Assembly (NCBI RefSeq): GCF_009914755.1 | Contig: NC_060946.1 | DNA from: the human T2T-CHM13v2.0 reference genome, Homo sapiens | Strand: one strand, 5' to 3' | DNA: 64,000 bases | Part shown: positions 56,801-64,000 of the stretch, one piece after another | How positions within the stretch are numbered: position 1 is the stretch's first letter | How the letters are laid out: each line of letters opens with the position of its first letter | The notes under the pieces: generated by a model | What the model was told of the DNA's origin: nothing | Database searches by the model: none | What the model saw: the letters and a program-made list of their open reading frames with translations, nothing else | Position numbers and translations under genes: made by a program

Positions 56801-59800
56801 TCGGATCTGCCTATGGGGGCATTGTGAGAAATCTCTGCACTGATCACCCAGGTGATGTAACTGTTGTGTAACCTCTGCCTACAGGGGAATTGTGAGAGAT
56901 CTCGCCACTGATTACCCAAGTGATGTAACCGTTGTCTAGGCTTTGCGTACAGGGGGCTTTGTGACATACCTTTGCACTGATCACCCAGGTGATTTAACAC
57001 ATCGAAGTTCGGCCTAAAGGAGCTTTGTGACATATCTCTGCACTGATCGCTTAGGTGATGTAACACTTTTATAATCACTGCCTACAGGGAATTTTGACAA
57101 ATCTCTGCACTGATCACCTAGGTGATGTAACTCTTGTCTACCCTCTGTCCAACGGGGCATTGTGAAATATCTCTGCACTGATCACCCAGGTGATTCAACT
57201 CTTGACTAGGAACTGCCTACAGAGGTTATTGTGAAATATCTCTGCACTGATTAACTAGGTGGTGTAACCCTTGTCCAAGCTCTGCCTACAGGGGCGTTTC
57301 CACATATCCCTGAACTGATGACAGAGGTGATGTAACTCTTGCCTAGGCTTTGCCTACAGGGAACATTGGACATATATCTGCACTGATCACCCAGGTGATG
57401 CAACTCTTGCCTAGGCTTTGCCTACAGGGGACATTGTGACATATCTCTTCAATGATCACTCATGTGATGCATCTCTTGCCTAGGCTTTGCCTACAGGGGA
57501 CATTGTGACATATCTCTGCACTGATCTCCCAGGTGCTGTAAGTTTAGTCTAGGCTCTGGCTACACAGCATTGTGACATATCACTGCACTGATCACCCAGG
57601 CGATATAACTCTTCTCTAGGATCTGACCACAGGGTGCTTTGTGACATAACCCTGCAATGATCACCCAGGTGATATACCACTTGCCAAGGCTCTGCCTACA
57701 GGGGCATTGCAATGTATCCCTGCACTGATCACCTAGGTCTTGTAGATATTTTCTAGGATCTGCCTACAGGGTGCTTTGTGACGTGTCCCAGCAAGGATTA
57801 CCCAGGTGATGTACCTCTCATCAAGGCTCTGCCTACATGCACATTGTGATGTATCTCTGCACTGATCACCTAGGTCATGGAAATTTTGTCTTGGCTCTAC
57901 CTACGATGGCATTGTGACATATCTCTGCACTAATCATCCAAGTGATGTAACTCTTGTCTAGGATGTGCCTAAATTAACTTTTTGACATAACCCTGTACTG
58001 ATCATCCGGGTGATGGAAGTTTTGTCTAGGCTCTGCCTAAGGGGACATTGTGACATATTTCTGCATTGATCCCCCAGGTGGCGAACTCTTCTCTCGGATC
58101 TGCCTATGGGGGCATTGTGAGAAATCTCTGCACTGATCACCCAGGTGATGTAACTGTTGTGTAACCTCTGCCTACAGGGGAATTGTGAGAGACCTCGCCA
58201 CTGATTACCCAAGTGATGTAACCGTTGTCTAGGCTTTGCGTGCAGGGGGCTTTGTGACATACATTTGCACTGATCACCCAGGTGATGTAACACATCTAAG
58301 TTCGGCCTAAAGGAGCTTTGTGACATATCTCTGCACTGATCGCTTAGGTGATGTAACACTTTTATAATCACTGCCTACAGGGAATTTTGACAAATCTCTG
58401 CACTGATCACCTAGGTGATGTAACTCTTGTCTACCCTCTGTCCAACGGGGCATTGTGAAATATCTCTGCACAGATCACCCAGGTGATTCAACTCTTGACT
58501 AGGAACTGCCTACAGAGGTTATTGTGAAATATCTCTGCACTGATAAAGTAGGTGGTGTAACCCTTGTCAAAGCTCTGCCTACAGGGGCGTTTCCACATAT
58601 CCCTGAACTGATGACAGAGGTGATGTAACTCTTGCCTAGGCTTTGCCTACAGGGAACATTGGACCTATATCTGCACTGATCACCCAGGTGATGCAACTCT
58701 TGCCTAGGCTTTGCCTACAGGGGACATTGTGACATATCTCTTCAATGATCACTCATGTGATGCATCTCTTGCCTAGGCTTTGCCTACAGGGGACATTGTG
58801 ACGTATCTCTGCAATGATCTCCCAGGTGCTGTAACTTTAGTCTAGGCTCTGGCTACACGGCATTGTGACATATCACTGCACTGATCAACCAGGTGATAAA
58901 ACTCTTGTATAGGCTCTGCCTACAGGGGGATTGTGACCTACCTCTGCACTGATCACCCAGGTGATATAACTCTTCTCTAGGATCTTCCTACAGGGTACTT
59001 TGTGACATATCCCTGCACTGATCACCCAGGTGATCTATCTCTGGTCTAAGCTCTGCCTAAAGGGGCATTGTGACAGATCTCTGCACTGATCACTCAGGTG
59101 ATGTAAGTATTGTCTAGGCTCTGCTTCAAGGGGCCTTGTCACATATCTCTGCACTGATCACCCAGGTGATGTAACTTTTGTCTAGGCTCTGCTTCCAGGG
59201 CATATTGTGACATATCTATGCACTGATCACCTTAGTGATGTAACACTTTGGTAGGCTCGGCCTACAGGGGAATCTTGACATATCTCCGCACTGTTAACCG
59301 AGGTGATTTAACTCTTCTCTAGGTTGTGCCCACAGGGGGATTGAGACATATCTCTGCACTGATCCCGAGGTGATACAACTCTTGCCTGGTCTCTGCCTAC
59401 TGTGGACATTGTTACATATCTCTGCACTGATCTCCCAGGTGCTGTAACTTTAGTCTAGGCTCTGGCTACACGGCATTGTGACATATCACTGCACTGTTCA
59501 CCCAGGCGATATAACTCTTCTCTATGATCTGACCACATTGTGCTTTGTGACATATCCCTGCAATGATCACCCAGGTGATATACCACTTGCCAAGGCTCTG
59601 CCTACAGGGGCATTGCAATGTATCTCTGCACTGATCACCTAGGTCTTGTAGATATTTTCTAGGATCTGCCTACAGGGTGCTTTGTGACGTGTCCCAGCAA
59701 GGATTACCCAGGTGATGTACTTCTCATCAAGGCTCTGCCTACAGGCACATTGTGATGTATCTCTGCACTGATCACCTAGGTCATGTAAATTTTGTCTAGG

Positions 59801-62800
59801 CTCTACCTACGATGGCATTGTGACATATCTCTGCACTAATCATCCAAGTGATGTAACTCTTGTCTAGGATGTGCCTAAATTAACTTTTTGACATAACCCT
59901 GTACTGATCATCCAGGTGATGGAGCTTTTGTCTAGGCTCTGCCTAAGGGGGCATTGTGACATATTTCTGCATTGATCCCCAAGGTGGCGAACTCTTCTCT
60001 CGGATCTGCCTATGGGGGCATTGTGAGAAATCTCTGCACTGATGACCCAGGTGATGTAACTGTTGTGTAACCTCTGCCTACAGGGGAATTGTGAGAGATC
60101 TCGCCACTGATTACCCAAGTGATGTAACCGTTGTCTAGGCTTTGCGTACAGGGGGCTTTGTGACTTACCTTTGCACTGATCACCCAGGTGATGTAACACA
60201 TCGAAGTTCGGCCTAAAGGAGCTTTGTGACATATCTCTGCACTGATCGCTTAGGTGATGTAACACTTTTATAATCACTGCCTACAGGGAATTTTGACAAA
60301 TCTCTGCACTGATCACCTAGGTGATGTAACTCTTGTCTACCCTCTGTCCAACGGGGCATTGTGAAATATCTCTGCACTGATCACCCAGGTGATTCAACTC
60401 TTGACTAGGAACTGCCTACAGAGGTTATTGTGAAATATCTCTGCACTGATAAACTAGGTGGTGTAACCCTTGTCCAAGCTCTGCCTACAGGGGCGTTTCC
60501 ACATATCCCTGAACTGATGACAGTGGTGATGTAACTCTTGCCTAGGCTTTGCCTACAGGGAACATTGGACATATATCTGCACTGATCACCCAGGTGATGC
60601 AACTCTTGCCTAGGCTTTGCCTACAGGGGACATTGTGACATATCTCTTCAATGATCACTCATGTGATGCATCTCTTGCCTAGGCTTTGCCTACAGGGGAC
60701 ATTGTGACATATCTCTGCACTGATCTCCCAGGTGCTGTAACTTTAGTCTAGGCTCTGGCTGCACGGCATTGTGACATATCACTGCACTGATCAACCAGGT
60801 GATATAACTCTTGTATAGGCTCTGCCTACAGGGGGATTGTGACCTACCTCTGCACTGATCACGCAGGTGATATAACTCTTCTCTAGGATCTTCCTACAGG
60901 GTACTTTGTGACATATCCCTGCACTGATCACCCAGGTGATCTATCTCTGATCTAAGCTCTGCCTAAAGGGGCATTGTGACAGATCTCTGCACTGATCACT
61001 CAGGTGATGTAAGTATTGTCTAGGCTCTGCTTCAAGGGGCCTTGTCACATATCTCTGCACTGATCACCCAGGTGATGTAACTCTTGTCTAGGCTCTGCTT
61101 CCAGGGCATATTGTGACATATCTATGCACTGATCACCTTAGTGATGTAACACTTTGGTAGGCTCGGCCTACAGGGGAATCTTGACATATCTCTGCACTGT
61201 TAACCGAGGTGATTTAACTCTTGTCTAGGTTGTGCCCACAGGGGGATTGAGACATATCTCTGCACTGATCCCGAGGTGATACAAATCTTGCCTGGTCTCT
61301 GCCTACTGTGGACATTGTGACATATCTCTGCACTGATCTCCCAGGTGCTGTAACTTTAGTCTAGGCTCTGGCTACACGGCATTGTGACATATCACTGCAC
61401 TGATCACCCAGGCGATATAACTCTTCTCTAGGATCTGACCACAGGGTCCTTTGTGACATATACCTGCAATGATCACCCAGGTGATATAACACTTGCCAAG
61501 GCTCTGCCTACAGGGGCATTGCAATGTATCTCTGCACTGATCACCTAGGTCTTGTAGATATTTTCTAGGATCTGCCTACAGGGTGCTTTGTGACGTGTCC
61601 CAGCAAGGATTACCCAGGTGATGTACTTCTCATCAAGGCTCTGCCTACAGGCACATTGTGATGTATCTCTGCACTGATCACCTAGGTCATGTAAATTTTG
61701 TCTAGGCTCTACCTACGATGGCATTGTGACATATCTCTGCACTAATCATCCAAGTGATGTAACTCTTGTCTAGGATGTGCCTAAATTAACTTTTTGACAT
61801 AACCCTGTACTGATCATCCAGGTGATGGAGCTTTTGTCTAGGCTCTGCCTAAGGGGGCATTGTGACATATTTCTGCATTGATCCCCAAGGTGGCGAACTC
61901 TTCTCTCGGATCTGCCTATGGGGGCATTGTGAGAAATCTCTGCACTGATGACCCAGGTGATGTAACTGTTGTGTAACCTCTGCCTACAGGGGAATTGTGA
62001 GAGATCTCGCCACTGATTACCCAAGTGATGTAACCGTTGTCTAGGCTTTGCGTACAGGGGGCTTTGTGACTTACCTTTGCACTGATCACCCAGGTGATGT
62101 AACACATCGAAGTTCGGCCTAAAGGAGCTTTGTGACATATCTCTGCACTGATCGCTTAGGTGATGTAACACTTTTATAATCACTGCCTACAGGGAATTTT
62201 GACAAATCTCTGCACTGATCACCCAGGTGATGTAACTCTTGTCTACCCTCTGTCCAACGGGGCATTGTGAAATATCTCTGCACTGATCACCCAGGTGATT
62301 CAACTCTTGACTAGGAACTGCCTACAGAGGTTATTGTGAAATATCTCTGCACTGATAAACTAGGTGGTGTAACCCTTGTCCAAGCTCTGCCTACAGGGGC
62401 GTTTCCACATATCCCTGAACTGATGACAGTGGTGATGTAACTCTTGCCTAGGCTTTGCCTACAGGGAACATTGGACATATATCTGCACTGATCACCCAGG
62501 TGATGCAACTCTTGCCTAGGCTTTGCCTACAGGGGACATTGTGACATATCTCTTCAATGATCACTCATGTGATGCATCTCTTGCCTAGGCTTTGCCTACA
62601 GGGGACATTGTGACATATCTCTGCACTGATCTCCCAGGTGCTGTAACTTTAGTCTAGGCTCTGGCTGCACGGCATTGTGACATATCACTGCACTGATCAA
62701 CCAGGTGATATAACTCTTGTATAGGCTCTGCCTACAGGGGGATTGTGACCTACCTCTGCACTGATCACGCAGGTGATATAACTCTTCTCTAGGATCTTCC

Positions 62801-64000
62801 TACAGGGTACTTTGTGACATATCCCTGCACTGATCACCCAGGTGATCTATCTCTGATCTAAGCTCTGCCTAAAGGGGCATTGTGACAGATCTCTGCACTG
62901 ATCACTCGGGTGATGTAAGTATTGTCTAGGCTCTGCTTCAAGGGGCCTTGTCACATATCTCTGCACTGATCACCCAGGTGATGTAACTCTTGTCTAGGCT
63001 CTGCTTCCAGGGCATATTGTGACATATCTATGCACTGATCACCTTAGTGATGTAACACTTTGGTAGGCTCGGCCTACAGGGGAATCTTGACATATCTCTG
63101 CACTGTTAACCGAGGTTATTTAACACTTGTCTAGGCTGTGCCCACAGGGGGATTGAGACATATCTCTGCACTGATCCCGAGGTGATACAACTCTTGCCTG
63201 GTCTCTGCCTACAGTGGACATTGTTACACATCTCTGCACTGATCTCCCAGGTGCTGCAACTTTAGTCTAGGCTCTGGCTACACGGCATTGTGACATATCA
63301 CTGCACTGATCACCCAGGCGATATAACTCTTCTCTAGGATCTGACCACAGGGTGCTTTGTGATATATCCCTGCAATGATCACCCAGGTGATATACCACTT
63401 GCCAAGGCTCTGCCTACAGGGGCATTGCAATGTATCTCTGCACTGATCACCTAGGTCTTGTAGCTATTTTCTAGGATCTGCCTACAGGGTGCTTTGTGAC
63501 GTGTCCCAGCAAGGATTACCCAGGTGATGTACCTCTCATTAAGGCTCTGCCTACAGGCACATTGTGATGTGTCTCTGCACTGATCACCTAGGTCATGTAA
63601 ATTTTGTCTAGGCTCTACCTACGATGGCATTGTGACATATCTCTGCACTAATCATCCAAGTGATGTAACTCTTGTCTAGGATGTGCCTAAATTAACTTTT
63701 TGACATAACCCTGTACTGATCATCCAGGTGACGGAGCTTTTGTCTAGGCTCTGCCTAAGGGGGCATTGTGAGATATTTCTGCATTGATCCCCCAGGTGGC
63801 GAACTCTTCTCTCGGATCTGCCTATGGGGGCATTGTGAGAAATCTCTGCACTGATAACCCAGGTGATGTAACTGTTGTGTAACCTCTGCCTACAGGGGAA
63901 TTGTGAGAGATCTCGCCACTGATTACCCAAGTGATGTAACCGTTGTCTAGGCTTTGCGTACAGGGGGCTTTGTGACATACCTTTGCACTGATCACCCAGG
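35815..64000 (+). repeat. Right HOR domain (3' part of U19 to U34) with its own diagnostic variants
   Basis: Variants common here and not seen in U1-U18: m23 GATCCCC (first at 35815), m2 TCAAAG, m3 GGACCT, m7 GATAAAAC, m13 GGTTGTG, m18 TAGATATT, m27 ATCATTGCC. The 137-aa ORF pattern in the track appears only from 35701 onward. Confidence 0.8.
57180..58472 (+). repeat. Truncated 19-monomer HOR variant (U31, 1293 bp; 9 monomers / 613 bp missing)
   Basis: After m5 and the m6/m15-type monomer at 57523, the sequence continues directly into m16 (GATCACCCAGGCGATATAACTCTTCTCTAGGATCTGACCAC at 57590). m7-m14 are absent. The ORF track confirms the spacing: 56665 to 57958 = 1293. Confidence 0.95.

Larger units (their letters stand above)
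1..64000 (+). repeat. Beta satellite (68-bp Sau3A / BSR-Beta) tandem array, about 930 monomers head-to-tail in one orientation, running off both window ends
   Basis: Monomers of 66-69 bp recur throughout, most starting at GATC (Sau3A) and matching GATCACCCAGGTGATGTAACTCTTGTCTAGGCTCTGCCTACAGGGGCATTGTGACATATCTCTGCACT, which I recognise as the hominoid beta satellite consensus. No non-satellite sequence was seen. Monomer count is estimated from 32 x 28 + 19 + a partial unit. Confidence 0.97.
11..64000 (+). repeat. Array of ~1.9-kb HOR copies U1-U34
   Basis: Unit starts (ORF-track anchor minus 26, spot-checked in sequence): 11, 1916, 3822, 5728, 7633, 9539, 11444, 13349, 15255, 17160, 19066, 20971, 22877, 24783, 26688, 28594, 30499, 32405, 34310, 36216, 38121, 40027, 41933, 43839, 45745, 47651, 49557, 51463, 53369, 55275, 57180, 58473, 60379, 62285 (partial). 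Spacing is 1905 or 1906 except 57180 to 58473 (1293). Copies differ only by scattered SNVs and 1-bp indels. Confidence 0.95.

Noticed and set aside
35701-62183. 137-aa Cys/His-rich ORF repeated in most right-domain units, superficially zinc-finger-like
   Set aside because: It lacks C2H2 spacing and TGEKPY linkers. It is open only because of a few SNVs (for example CGTCACT to CGCCACT, removing a TGA) and is broken in U25 and U29. It is useful only as a haplotype marker.
37-62508. Recurrent 60-92 aa minus-strand ORFs (MHHLGDQCRYMS..., MISAEISHNAP..., MVYHLGDHCRDMS...)
   Set aside because: They are translations of the satellite monomer. HHLGDQCRDMSQ, ITWVISAEI and SVQRY are the three frames of the same 68-bp unit, and the frame drifts with monomer length. 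ORFs appear and vanish with single SNVs or indels, and I recognise no protein family.
1-64000. CRISPR-like appearance (partly palindromic conserved core plus variable segment, ~68-bp period)
   Set aside because: The variable segments are homologous to one another rather than unique spacers, the set repeats every 1.9 kb, the core itself varies, and there are no cas genes or leader.
1-64000. Embedded transposons, LSau/D4Z4-DUX4-like units or strand inversions, which often accompany beta satellite
   Set aside because: Unit spacing accounts for every base (1905/1906/1293), leaving no room for insertions. All ORF-track anchors stay on one strand and no GC-rich or poly-A segments were seen.

Overview
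The whole 64 kb window is one uninterrupted, single-orientation tandem array of primate (most likely human) beta satellite (68-bp Sau3A/BSR family). The monomer consensus is about GATCACCCAGGTGATGTAACTCTTGTCTAGGCTCTGCCTACAGGGGCATTGTGACATATCTCTGCACT. I walked the first unit base by base: 28 diverged monomers of 66-69 bp form a 1905-1906 bp higher-order repeat (HOR), present as 33 complete copies plus a partial 34th. I see no genes, RNA genes, transposons, CRISPR or inversions, and all listed ORFs are read-through of the satellite. The interest lies in the array architecture. (i) One HOR is a 19-mer (1293 bp), missing 613 bp between two identical 97-bp segments inside the HOR. (ii) The left domain (1 to ~35 kb) is built from four HOR haplotypes in the order A B C C D A C D A B C D B C D C D A B, giving 3.8/7.6-kb super-periodicity and multi-HOR duplications at 5,717-bp and 22,866-bp offsets. 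(iii) Near 35-35.8 kb it switches to a right domain with different diagnostic variants, which grows mostly by single-HOR duplications. I found no evidence of a new protein-coding or RNA-guided system. All variant calls were made by eye.
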